NCBI GenBank assembly: GCA_027485695.1
Contig: JAIXQO010000002.1
Location: 602,006-666,005, forward strand
Length of the DNA stretch: 64,000 nucleotides
Direction: 5' to 3'
Origin: Pseudomonadota bacterium
GTDB taxonomy: Bacteria > Bdellovibrionota > UBA1018
The position numbers and the translations under genes were made by a program. Under the pieces are notes generated by a model that was not told the DNA's origin, did not search any database, and was given only the letters and a program-made list of their open reading frames with translations. Numbering within the stretch: the first letter of the stretch is position 1; each line of letters opens with the position of its first letter. This document shows, piece after piece, positions 28,927-38,644 of the stretch.

Positions 28927-29528
28927 TTGGACACCTTTCGGGGATTCTTGGCCTGAGCTCTCGCTCGGGTGGGCGAGGTTTGAAAACGAGATTTAAATGC
29001 GGAATTAAACCTTCGAATCGAGCCGAAATCGCAGGCTTCGCTGATCTCGGTGAATGGTTGATCGGAGTGCAGAACCCGCTTGAACGCTGACTGCAACCGG
29101 AGTTCATCGGCATAGCGCTTGGGAGAGATCCCGAGCTGCGCCTCGAAAATCCTTCGAAGCTGACGCCCCCCGATCCCGAGTTTTTCCGCGAACAGGGTCT
29201 CACCTTCGCGGTGATAGTTTCCGGATTTCATTTTTCTCAGGGCTCGTTCCAAAACTGCCCGCGTGCCGTGAGCCGCCGCATGAGCGAGCGGAACTTCGGG
29301 ACGACAACGTTTGCAGGCTCGGTATCCACCTGTTTGCGCAGAAACAGCGTTATCGAAAAACACGATATTCTCAGGATTCGGCCGTGCCGGACACGAAGGA
29401 CGACAGAAGATTCCCGTCGTTTTTACCGCATATACGAACGCACCATTCGATCGCACGTCTCGACGAATGACCGCCTGGACGCGTGCGTCTTCGCGTTTGC
29501 GGGACGTGGATACTCGATTAGAAACCAT
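28923..29528 (-). CDS. AdaA-like regulator (Ada zinc-binding domain + AraC HTH)
   Basis: AVKTTGIFCRPSC.....GYRACKRC; C-terminal AraC HTH; no methyltransferase or AlkA domain. Confidence 0.88.
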   Translation of the reverse strand: MVSNRVSTSRKREDARVQAVIRRDVRSNGAFVYAVKTTGIFCRPSCPARPNPENIVFFDNAVSAQTGGYRACKRCRPEVPLAHAAAHGTRAVLERALRKMKSGNYHREGETLFAEKLGIGGRQLRRIFEAQLGISPKRYADELRLQSAFKRVLHSDQPFTEISEACDFGSIRRFNSAFKSRFQTSPTRARAQAKNPRKVSK

Positions 29529-29645
29529 TCCTTGATTCTACTCCGAGTGGCGAACAAACGGTAGCGTTCAACTAGTCAAATTCGGACGTCTTGCGCCTCA
29601 CACTTTATGGTTTCCAAGGCGCACCGACGGGCATATGACCAAATC

Positions 29646-30059
29646 ATGAGCACTCCCCATCCTCACCAGGTCGAAAAGAAGCTCGCTGTTCAGGTCTACA
29701 CGGAAGACCGCAAGAAATCCGCACCCGGGGAGCTCACGATCCTGGAATGGGATCCTCAGGGCCGCTCCAAGCGGGCGGTCAAATGGGCGGCGATGTGTTT
29801 CGGGGCGGCGGTCGTTTCCGTTCCCATTCCGCCGATTCATTGGGTACTCGTACCCGGATTCTTGATCGCTTCGCCGATCGTATTCTTCTACCTGATGAAT
29901 CAGAAAAGCGTGATCCAAGGCGGATCCGCTACTTGTCCCGCTTGCAATCAACCGGTCGCACTCGTGCGGTCAAAACATGAGTTTCCGATGTCGGATCTTT
30001 GCGATAAGTGCCGAACGAATCTCGTCATTGAACCGACGTCATCTGCGTCCGTCGGGTGA
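29646..30059 (+). CDS. membrane protein with C-terminal zinc ribbon
   Basis: Two TMs (PIPPIHW), CPAC...CDKC; track start 29607. Confidence 0.65.
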   Translation: MSTPHPHQVEKKLAVQVYTEDRKKSAPGELTILEWDPQGRSKRAVKWAAMCFGAAVVSVPIPPIHWVLVPGFLIASPIVFFYLMNQKSVIQGGSATCPACNQPVALVRSKHEFPMSDLCDKCRTNLVIEPTSSASVG

Positions 30060-30062
30060 CTT

Positions 30063-31316
30063 CTAACTTTTCCAATCGCGGTTCGTGATCAGACGCGCGC
30101 CCTGCTTTGAAAACACGTAACTCCATATCCAACCGAACAAGACCGCCACTCGGCTCCTGAATCCAATCAGATAGAGAATGTGGATGAATAGCCAAGCCAG
30201 CCAGGCGATATAGCCGCCGAATTTTAGCTGACCTGCTTGGACAATCGCCTTGTTCTTACCAATCGTCGCCATCAGACCTTTGTCGAAATAGCGAAATGAC
30301 TCCCGAGATTTTCCATCGATCGATGCTAGAATATTCTCCGCGGCCAACCGTCCCATTTGGATCGCAGCTGGTGCAAGTCCGGGAACGATTCGATCCGTGG
30401 TCCAAGCAACGTGAGCAAGATCACCCACTACGAATGCATCCGGATGACCGGGGATGGACAGGTCCGAGACCACTTTTACGCGACCGGCGGGGTCGAGTTC
30501 GGTGCCGAGTTTTCGCGCGATGGAAGCAGCCTGAACGCCGGCCGCCCAAAAAACACTCTTGGCCTCAATCCGTTCTTTTCCGATATTCACGCCGTTCGAA
30601 TCGATCTCCGTGACACGAACCCCGCTGCGAAGTTCGACGCCGAGTCGTTCTAAGTCGCGAGCCGCCCGAGCAGATAGTTTCTCGTCGAATGAGACCAGGA
30701 CCCTTTGTCCGGCTTCGACCAAGACGACCCGCGCCGAGGCCGGGTTGATGCGACGAAAATCCCGAACAAGTACCTTGCGGCTGATATCGGCAATGGCTCC
30801 GGCAAGCTCGACTCCCGTAGGTCCCCCACCCACAACCACGAATGTCAGCAGGGATCGTTGAACGGCAGGATCGATTTCGTTTTCAGCTTTTTCAAACGCT
30901 GATAGGATGCGGCGTCGAATTTCTGTCGCTTGCTCAAGAGTTTTCAGGCCGGGGGCGAACTCTTCCCACTCGGGTTTCCCGAAATAGCTGTGCTGCGCAC
31001 CACAGGCGATCACTAGATAGTCATAAGGAATGTGAACGCCGTCTTCTCCAGAAATCCATTTATCACGCAGATTCACCTGTTCGACTCTGCCCAGATGAAC
31101 GGCGACGTTTTCGTCCCGGGAAAACTGCGCGCGGATCGGGACGGCGATATCGGCCGGGTTCAATCCTGCAGTCGCGACTTGGTAGAGCAGTGGCTGAAAG
31201 AGGTGATGATTTCGCTGATCCACGAGAGTCACCCGGACGCGAGGATCTCCGGCCAGGCGCTTGGCGGCATTCAAACCTGCGAAACCGCCGCCAATGATCA
31301 AGACCTGTTTTGACAT
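30063..31316 (-). CDS. ndh: type II NADH dehydrogenase family FAD-dependent oxidoreductase
   Basis: GGGFAGL, FQPLLYQVAT, GGGPTGVELAG, WAAGV, A.Q.G, Y.DKG.MATIG. Confidence 0.92.
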   Translation of the reverse strand: MSKQVLIIGGGFAGLNAAKRLAGDPRVRVTLVDQRNHHLFQPLLYQVATAGLNPADIAVPIRAQFSRDENVAVHLGRVEQVNLRDKWISGEDGVHIPYDYLVIACGAQHSYFGKPEWEEFAPGLKTLEQATEIRRRILSAFEKAENEIDPAVQRSLLTFVVVGGGPTGVELAGAIADISRKVLVRDFRRINPASARVVLVEAGQRVLVSFDEKLSARAARDLERLGVELRSGVRVTEIDSNGVNIGKERIEAKSVFWAAGVQAASIARKLGTELDPAGRVKVVSDLSIPGHPDAFVVGDLAHVAWTTDRIVPGLAPAAIQMGRLAAENILASIDGKSRESFRYFDKGLMATIGKNKAIVQAGQLKFGGYIAWLAWLFIHILYLIGFRSRVAVLFGWIWSYVFSKQGARLITNRDWKS

Positions 31317-31566
31317 AAGGACCTGCCTTCTGTGGGTGCGATAAAAGAACACCCGCATCTTACCCGCCTAGACTCAGAAAAACAGCGTTTTGTGTTTCAA
31401 AAATGATCCCGAGAGCGACGGAATTACGCGGGCACCCGACCGAGGAATCCTGTCCATCGAAGTGAGTGAAAAATCACACACTTTTTCAATATTGAAACTT
31501 CGGAAAAACTTCGACAAATCTTCGCGACTCTATGGAATTCCACCGTTTTCCGGTACGATTGTTTTC

Positions 31567-33984
31567 ATGATGGAAGACAATATGATGTCGTTACTGGCTT
31601 TAGGCGCAGTGCTGGGTTTTCTGATTCTCGGATTCACGGGAGCACCTCTCTGGATCTGGACGATCTTCGCGGGACTGGTCCTTTATGGATCAGGCGCAGA
31701 ACCACTCTGCTACGGGATCTTGGTCGGAATTTTTGTGATCTTCGGAGTCGCTCCAATCCGAAGACTCCTCATCACTTCTTGGGTGATGAAGATCATGAAA
31801 AACTTTCTCCCGAAAATTTCGCCCACCGAGCGTATGGCACTCGAGGCAGGCGACGTTTGGATGGAATCCGAACTCTTCTCGGGTAAACCCAACTTCGACA
31901 AACTCATGGAGCAGAAATATCCCGAGCTCACCGCCGAAGAAAAAGCCTTCCTCGACGGACCCGTTCAAAAACTTTGCGACATGGTGACGGACTGGGACAT
32001 TCACCAACAACGCGACATCCCCGCTGCCGCATGGGAATTCGTCAAAAAAGAACGCTTCTGGGGCATGATCATCCCAAAAGAATACGACGGCCTCGGATTC
32101 TCCGCTCTCGCCCACTCTGCTGTTCTCGAAAAAGTGGGCTCTCGCTCACCGGCTCTCTGCATCACCATCATGGTGCCGAACTCCCTGGGACCAGCCGAGC
32201 TCTTGCTTCACTACGGAACCAAGGAACAAAAAGATCACTACCTGCCTCGCCTCGCTCGCGGCGAAGAAGTCCCTTGTTTCGCACTGACTGAACCACACGC
32301 TGGTTCCGATGCCGGTTCGATCACCTCGAGTGGCACGGTTTTCAAAGGCGACGACGGAAAACTCTATCTCCGATTGAACTGGAACAAACGCTGGATCACG
32401 TTGGCCGCGGTTTCGACCGTCGTAGGCCTGGCGTTCCGCCTGCGCGATCCCGACAATCTCCTCGGCAAGGGCGAAGACGCCGGTATCACCTGCGCTCTCA
32501 TTCCAGCCAGCACGCCCGGCGTGGATCTCACTCGCCGGCATGATCCACTCGGCGTTCCGTTTTACAACTGCCCGACCTTGGGCAAAGACGTCGTCGTTCC
32601 GATCGACGCCATCATCGGCGGGCCTGAAAAGGCGGGCCAAGGTTGGCAAATGCTCATGGAATGTCTGGCGGCTGGACGAGGCATTTCTCTTCCTGCTCAG
32701 TCTACTGCGAGCGCGAAATACATGGCTCGAGTCGCGAGCAATCACGCGGTTGTTCGTAAACAGTTTGGAATGTCGATCGGCAAGTTCGAAGGTATCGCAG
32801 AGCCTCTTTCTCGCCTCGCGGGCTATTCCTACCTGATGGAAGCTGGCCGAAAATACACGCTCGGCGCACTCGATAGCGGTATCAAACCGCCGGTCGTTAC
32901 AGCGATGATGAAGTACTACTTCACCGAAGCTCAGCGGGTCTGCGTGAATGATGCGATGGACATTCTGGGAGGTGCGGCAATCACGCGCGGTCCTAAGAAC
33001 TTGGTGACCAGCGCTTACCTATCGACTCCGATCTCGATCACGGTCGAAGGCGCTAACATCCTCACTCGTACGCTGATCATCTTCGGCCAGGGCGCACTCC
33101 GTGCTCACCCATACGCGGTCAAAGAAGTGAACGCCGTGGATGCGAATGATCTCCCTGCATTTGACGCCGCTTTCTTCGGTCACGTCGGTCACATGGTCCG
33201 CAACAAGTTCCGCGCCGTGCTCTTGACACTCACCCGCGGTTGGCTCGTGATTCCGTTCAAAGGCGGGGTCACCGGCCCGTACTACCGCAAGCTCGCCTGG
33301 ACTTCTGCCGTGTTCGCCATCCTCGCCGACCTCGCTATGGTCACGATGGGCGGCAAGCTCAAGACCAAGGGCAAGACGACGGGTCGCTTTGCCGATGTTT
33401 TGGCCGGTATGTACCTCGCGACTGCTGCACTCAAGCGTTTCGAGTACGAAGGTCGTAAGAAAGAAGACGAGCCATTCCTCATCTGGTCGCTGGAGTACGC
33501 GTTTCATCAAGTGCAGCGTGGTTTCGACGGTTTGTTCGCGAACTTCGAAGCTCCGGTACTGAATCTCTTGTTCAAGTATCCGGTTCGCTGGTGGTGGAAT
33601 CTGAGCCCCATTGGACGCAACGCCTCGGACGATCTCGAATTCAAACTTGCTGAGCTCATTCAAACTCCGGGAGAACAGCGCGATCGAATGACGGCAGGAA
33701 TCTTCCACCCAACGAATTCGAACGACCCGTTTGCAAAAATGGAAAAAGCGTTTCGTCTCACGATCTCAAGCGAGGAAGTCGCCCGTAAGGCTCGTCGCGC
33801 AGTGAAAAAAGGCGTGATCAAAAAACAGCCGGCCGCAAAACTCTATGAAGCTGCGGTAGCTGCGAATGTGATTACAAAAGAAGAGTTCGAAAGCATCGCC
33901 GAGAGTGTTCGTCTCAATGACGATGCGATCCAGGTCGACTCATTTACGATTGCTGACTATTTCAAGACGGCGATCAAGCAGTAG
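31567..33984 (+). CDS. fadE: acyl-CoA dehydrogenase (long, membrane-anchored FadE type)
   Basis: N-terminal TMs; MVPNSLGPAELL, CFALTEP.AGSDA, ECLAAGRGIS, ITVEGANILTR. Confidence 0.95.
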   Translation: MMEDNMMSLLALGAVLGFLILGFTGAPLWIWTIFAGLVLYGSGAEPLCYGILVGIFVIFGVAPIRRLLITSWVMKIMKNFLPKISPTERMALEAGDVWMESELFSGKPNFDKLMEQKYPELTAEEKAFLDGPVQKLCDMVTDWDIHQQRDIPAAAWEFVKKERFWGMIIPKEYDGLGFSALAHSAVLEKVGSRSPALCITIMVPNSLGPAELLLHYGTKEQKDHYLPRLARGEEVPCFALTEPHAGSDAGSITSSGTVFKGDDGKLYLRLNWNKRWITLAAVSTVVGLAFRLRDPDNLLGKGEDAGITCALIPASTPGVDLTRRHDPLGVPFYNCPTLGKDVVVPIDAIIGGPEKAGQGWQMLMECLAAGRGISLPAQSTASAKYMARVASNHAVVRKQFGMSIGKFEGIAEPLSRLAGYSYLMEAGRKYTLGALDSGIKPPVVTAMMKYYFTEAQRVCVNDAMDILGGAAITRGPKNLVTSAYLSTPISITVEGANILTRTLIIFGQGALRAHPYAVKEVNAVDANDLPAFDAAFFGHVGHMVRNKFRAVLLTLTRGWLVIPFKGGVTGPYYRKLAWTSAVFAILADLAMVTMGGKLKTKGKTTGRFADVLAGMYLATAALKRFEYEGRKKEDEPFLIWSLEYAFHQVQRGFDGLFANFEAPVLNLLFKYPVRWWWNLSPIGRNASDDLEFKLAELIQTPGEQRDRMTAGIFHPTNSNDPFAKMEKAFRLTISSEEVARKARRAVKKGVIKKQPAAKLYEAAVAANVITKEEFESIAESVRLNDDAIQVDSFTIADYFKTAIKQ

Positions 33985-34005
33985 TCAAATATTTCTCAGA
34001 AAAGG

Positions 34006-34038
34006 GGCCCGCATCGCGATGACGATGCGGGCCTTTTT
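34006..34038 (+). terminator. intrinsic (probably bidirectional) terminator
   Basis: GGCCCGCATCG/CGATGCGGGCC stem followed by TTTTT between convergent genes. Confidence 0.85.
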
Positions 34039-34603
34039 AATTTTCGCTGCCTGATTCTATTGCACTAGCTTCGAGTACAGCGCGCAACTTCAGGTCAAAC
34101 CTCTGAGTCTCCACACCGGCTTGAGTTTCCCACTGACGATTGACGAGCGAGAGGAGTGTGTTCACGGTATCGATATCCAGGCAATCGGCCGAATCCAGGG
34201 AATCCAGTGACTGATCCGTAAAATTAAGCGGGCACACGTCTCTGGCTCGCTCTGCACGTGAGTTTTTGAACGTGATCGGGGCGCCGTGACTTCGGCACAC
34301 GAGCGGTCTGACCTCATAGACACCGCAATCCCCTTGCTCGCCCAAAAACGAACAACGAGTATTTCGATGAGGGTTCGATTTCTCCAACTCCCGCAAGTAC
34401 TCAACAAGTTTTGGACGCTCGCTCAAATATTCATGAATCGAGGCTCGCTCGACCGAACTGATCGTCAACCCCGGGGCACAGCATGAGTGACACCCTTTGC
34501 GGCACGCAAACGCATGTGGATGCCGGCTCGAGATCTCATCGAATTTTGCATCGACCTTGGACAAGAGCTCTCGGTAATTCTCAAGGCTCGCATGCATCTT
34601 CAT
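34037..34603 (-). CDS. YkgJ-family cysteine-cluster protein
   Basis: CRKGCHSCC, C.FL....C.VY..RP.VCR; ATG overlaps the upstream TGA. Confidence 0.85.
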   Translation of the reverse strand: MKMHASLENYRELLSKVDAKFDEISSRHPHAFACRKGCHSCCAPGLTISSVERASIHEYLSERPKLVEYLRELEKSNPHRNTRCSFLGEQGDCGVYEVRPLVCRSHGAPITFKNSRAERARDVCPLNFTDQSLDSLDSADCLDIDTVNTLLSLVNRQWETQAGVETQRFDLKLRAVLEASAIESGSEN

Positions 34604-35736
34604 TCGACCGAGAGCTTCCAATCGACACGGGCCAAAATACGGCCATTCACCTGGATCTCCAGACCGTGCATGCCCGAGTAGTATTTCCGCGTGGTGATCG
34701 GCTTGACGGAATGTTGTTTTGCAATCGAAAGCTTACCGCGAGCCGGAAGCGCAAACGTCTTGAGCTTGAACACCTTGGGCGATGTACTGCCATTCGACTT
34801 GCGATGATGAATCACGTAGTCAATCACGAGCTTTTGCTCTTGATTGGACTTGGACGCGATCTCGAAACGAAACTCGAGTTTCTCGTTCATGCGGATGTGC
34901 TTACGCGCGAGTTCCAAGGAGCCAAGCTCGATCTGCGCGTCACCATCCACTCCGATCAACTTCATCGCGTCGGAGTTCCCTGATTTAATCAGTGTGCGCA
35001 GCGCATGTCGGGTGATCCATTCGATCTTCTCGGCGTGGGCGGTGTTTTTTGCTTCGCGCTTCCAGCGCGACAGAGTCTTAATCACCTGATCAGGATTGTC
35101 TTTGGCGACGTCGTTCAAGTGATTCGCCACGCTTTTTCGAACGTAGAGCTCGTCGTCGTATTTGAGTGACTCAATGATTTTCAGTGTTGGACGAGGATCT
35201 TTCACAAAAGCCGGTAGCCGGGCGCCCCAAGGTAAACGTGAGCGAGTCCCCTCACTCACCCAGCGCCGAACATCAACAGACGAATCATCCACACAACTTT
35301 GAAGAAACGCGAGCGTTTCATCCGGATATAGATTGAGGAAAGGGCGAATCGCAAACTCACTCGTAAAACGAGGAGTCAGTTTCTTAAGTGCGCGATATGC
35401 GATCGTTGGATGTTCTAATCCCCGATGCGCGATCAACTCGGAATACGGCCAGAGCTCGAATCCATCGAGATCAGAATTCTCTAGCGATGCGAGCAGAATG
35501 CGAGAGACCTCAGGAAATGATTTTGGCAAATGCTCGATCAGTGCATCTCGAATGAGATGCACGCGCGCTTTGAGCTCGAATGGTCCAAGCTTAGCGGATA
35601 CCCGTTTGAAGGAACTATGATCAAAAGCCGGGTAGGCTTTCTGAATGGAACCACTGATGCGCTTGACGACATCGGCGTTGATCCAATTCTTAAAAGCGGA
35701 AGACTCGGTTTCTTGAGCTTGTTTTGCTGGGGGCAT
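34600..35736 (-). CDS. DNA alkylation repair protein (HEAT-repeat, AlkC/AlkD-like)
   Basis: FTSEFAIRPF, VRR.VSEGTR.RLPW, YVRKSVANHLND..KD, K..TRKYY.G.H. Confidence 0.85.
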   Translation of the reverse strand: MPPAKQAQETESSAFKNWINADVVKRISGSIQKAYPAFDHSSFKRVSAKLGPFELKARVHLIRDALIEHLPKSFPEVSRILLASLENSDLDGFELWPYSELIAHRGLEHPTIAYRALKKLTPRFTSEFAIRPFLNLYPDETLAFLQSCVDDSSVDVRRWVSEGTRSRLPWGARLPAFVKDPRPTLKIIESLKYDDELYVRKSVANHLNDVAKDNPDQVIKTLSRWKREAKNTAHAEKIEWITRHALRTLIKSGNSDAMKLIGVDGDAQIELGSLELARKHIRMNEKLEFRFEIASKSNQEQKLVIDYVIHHRKSNGSTSPKVFKLKTFALPARGKLSIAKQHSVKPITTRKYYSGMHGLEIQVNGRILARVDWKLSVE

Positions 35737-35792
35737 GTGGTCGAAGATTCCCTTCGACCCATTTTTAATCGGTTCACGCCTGCTTCACCAAT

Positions 35793-36479
35793 TCAAAACA
35801 TCTGATTCGCGGTTTTTTCCGGTTTCCGACGGCTTTCGATGGCCTCATCGAGGCTTTCATTGATCCGTTTAACCGTTTCCGGTCGATAGCTCGCAGGTAC
35901 CGGCAGTATAGCCTTTTTGTACTCCTCGAGATGATTCGAGACCAGTCGATCTCGATCTTCGCTCCCCTGATACAAGATCGCGAGTTTCTGACGGAGGACA
36001 TCCCAATCCGCTTCGGAAACTCCTTCTGAAATCGCTGAGCTGCCGGATTCAGGCGCTGGAGCTTGCACTACTGACTCAACGGCGGCCGAATTCTGATCGA
36101 CGCCTCTGGGCGACTCAGCCTTTTCAACAAGCACGTTCTGACCTGCGCCAGTCTTATGGTTGAACACACCTCTGTTGATCGACACTCCCACTGCAAACAC
36201 CAACAGTGCACCTACCAAGCTATAACGACGAAAAACGGAAATCTCTGGGGCGCCGTACTTCAGTCCTAACTCGGGTGAGCACGCTAACTCCTCCTCCGTT
36301 CCACAATTCATGCAGGTGAATTGATAGCGAGATCTAAACACGTGCGTAAAAATGAAATAGATGTGGAGCGTGTAGTGCAAGTGCCGTATTTGCTGCCCCG
36401 TTTCGGCGGAACACTTTTTACAAAAACGCCCTTCTTCTCCACATTCGGCACTTTTCTTGTTCCATCCGTAAAAAACCAT
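35793..36479 (-). CDS. zinc-ribbon membrane protein
   Basis: N-terminal FYGW...CKKC...H.YFI...CMNCG, one TM, exported tail. Confidence 0.7.
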   Translation of the reverse strand: MVFYGWNKKSAECGEEGRFCKKCSAETGQQIRHLHYTLHIYFIFTHVFRSRYQFTCMNCGTEEELACSPELGLKYGAPEISVFRRYSLVGALLVFAVGVSINRGVFNHKTGAGQNVLVEKAESPRGVDQNSAAVESVVQAPAPESGSSAISEGVSEADWDVLRQKLAILYQGSEDRDRLVSNHLEEYKKAILPVPASYRPETVKRINESLDEAIESRRKPEKTANQMF

Positions 36480-36481
36480 AT

Positions 36482-38548
36482 TTACGCGCTCATTCTCGCC
36501 ATCAGCGCTTGAATGGCTTGCTCATAAGCTTGGGCCAACTGCTGAATCACGGTCATCTGATGCATCGGCGGAACTTCCATTTGAACCCGCATCATCATGG
36601 CTTGGTATTCCGCCACAATCTCATCCACGGATTGACCGTTGAATTGAAACGCGACGCCAGCCTGCTGCATGGCCGGGGCCATACTTGCCATCGGAGCCTG
36701 CGCAGCCTGAGGTGGTATCGAGGATGCGGTCACGGCCTTGCGGAATTTCGGATGGTTCGGGATCACCGACTGTGCCAACCGAATGATCTGCTCGGGGGTC
36801 GCGACGAGTCCGTCGAACGAGTCCGCATCGAGCACCTCTCCCAAGAGCGGTCCGACGGTATCGAACTGCTGCGGCTGAATCCCTTCGCCATGCAAGAACT
36901 CACTCAAGAATGCGTTACAGGCGCCGCGGTGATCGTTCTTCTCTAAGTAAGCATATGCCGCAATTTGATGCGCTCCAATGCGCTGAAGATGCGTCGGCTT
37001 GCCTTCGAGGTGCTCATGATAGCCCGCAATCAACGGATCCACCTCGCCTAGGACATCGTATAAGTAGCAGAGAAGCTCCACACAAATCGGAGCTGCATGC
37101 GCAGCGTGAAATCCTTCGACCGACATCTTGAGCGATTCAACTAGGAGTTTCGAATCATCCGTCAAACTCTCGCGACGTTGATTCTGAATGGTGAGGAATC
37201 GCTTGAGATCGAATACGGCGTTGACGTAACCGGCCGGATGGTTCGGATCTGAGCGAATCATGGATTTCCAGATCGCAATTTTTAACTTCATCGCGCGTGG
37301 AGGCAGCTCCTTGTCGGGACCGGTTTCTACTTGGCCGATACCGGCTGAGTGAAACGCTTTTTCGAGTACCTCTTGATCAAATCCAAAAAGATTGGTCGCA
37401 TACCGTAAAATATCGATCTCAGATTCCGACAAATAGCCATCGGCGGCCGAGAGGAGAATGAGCGACTTCAACAAATCAAAACGTTCACGCCCTTCTAAGT
37501 TCGAAATTGCGCGAGACGCGAGGGATTCGATCACTTGGATCGAGTTCTCCGGATCAGCCTGCTCGAGATTTTCCATTCGACGTTTGCCGTCTTCGATCTC
37601 TAGCGCGGTTTTTAGTTTTTCGAGTTCCGAATCCTCAATCTTGCCGTCGACTAGAATCAATTCTCCGGCTAGGTAAAACAGACATTTTTTGACCTCTTTG
37701 GAGATCAATTCTGGATTCGAGACAAATGGGTTCTCGAAATAAGAGAGGTACTGATCCACAACTTCGTTCGTCTTAGCAACTTTCTCCGGAGCCGGATCGG
37801 CAATGACGGGATGGAACTCCCTCAGTGCAAGCAAACGGCTTGGGGAAAATGGATGAGTACTGTAGAAATCGTCCGGAAAATCGTGCGGGTCGGACACCTT
37901 GATCTTCTCGCCGACTTCGTCAAGGTAGCCGTTTACCGCACCGGAGGATCCACCATCGATACCGAAACTCACACGAAACAGTGCGCCGAGCACGGCATCG
38001 TAAGAATTCGTAACGAACAAGCTCATCCGATCAGCCGAGATTTCTCGAGCACGGCTCCAAGCACGAAGCTTCATCTGAAGCACGGGTTTCAAATCCCCGA
38101 AATACTTGCGCTCCAAGAGTCGAATCTCACGATCATTGCGATGAAATTCGTAATGACCAAACTCGTGCGCGGCCACTGCCGTCAGCGCTTCTTCACTGAG
38201 TTTTTGGATGGCACCCGCTGTGAAATAGAACCGCGCAGCTTGGGTTTTCTCATCGACACCGATAAATGCGGCGTTGATATCATCGCTCGGAACGATGAAC
38301 ATCTCGACGGGAACGGTGATCTCAAGTTTCTTCTTACAAGCATCGATCGCGCGCGCGAGCGGCTGAGAAAACTCGGCGCGAAATGGGAGCGCGTGTTTCC
38401 ACATCGGGTCCAGCTCGATGACTTCGTTCACTCGAGTTTGTTGCTCTTGTCGAAGCAGATGCTGGATCATCGGATCATTGAAGATCTCGTCCCCTAGGAC
38501 TTTTTCTTTTGGGAGCCTCAGCCATCCGAAACGATCAGAGTTCGACAT
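36482..38548 (-). CDS. M48 zinc metallopeptidase fused to a TerB-like domain and a helical C-terminus
   Basis: INAA, AHEFGH, REISADR, STHP...R (M48); VDGKIEDSE and ADGYLSESE (TerB-type motifs). Confidence 0.8.
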   Translation of the reverse strand: MSNSDRFGWLRLPKEKVLGDEIFNDPMIQHLLRQEQQTRVNEVIELDPMWKHALPFRAEFSQPLARAIDACKKKLEITVPVEMFIVPSDDINAAFIGVDEKTQAARFYFTAGAIQKLSEEALTAVAAHEFGHYEFHRNDREIRLLERKYFGDLKPVLQMKLRAWSRAREISADRMSLFVTNSYDAVLGALFRVSFGIDGGSSGAVNGYLDEVGEKIKVSDPHDFPDDFYSTHPFSPSRLLALREFHPVIADPAPEKVAKTNEVVDQYLSYFENPFVSNPELISKEVKKCLFYLAGELILVDGKIEDSELEKLKTALEIEDGKRRMENLEQADPENSIQVIESLASRAISNLEGRERFDLLKSLILLSAADGYLSESEIDILRYATNLFGFDQEVLEKAFHSAGIGQVETGPDKELPPRAMKLKIAIWKSMIRSDPNHPAGYVNAVFDLKRFLTIQNQRRESLTDDSKLLVESLKMSVEGFHAAHAAPICVELLCYLYDVLGEVDPLIAGYHEHLEGKPTHLQRIGAHQIAAYAYLEKNDHRGACNAFLSEFLHGEGIQPQQFDTVGPLLGEVLDADSFDGLVATPEQIIRLAQSVIPNHPKFRKAVTASSIPPQAAQAPMASMAPAMQQAGVAFQFNGQSVDEIVAEYQAMMMRVQMEVPPMHQMTVIQQLAQAYEQAIQALMARMSA

Positions 38549-38644
38549 ATAAATATCGGATCGACCGTTTTTACCCCGTCAAAGACCGGTTTAACAATCC
38601 ACCTGACGGGACATGAGTCCCATGCGACTCACCCGAGAAATCAT

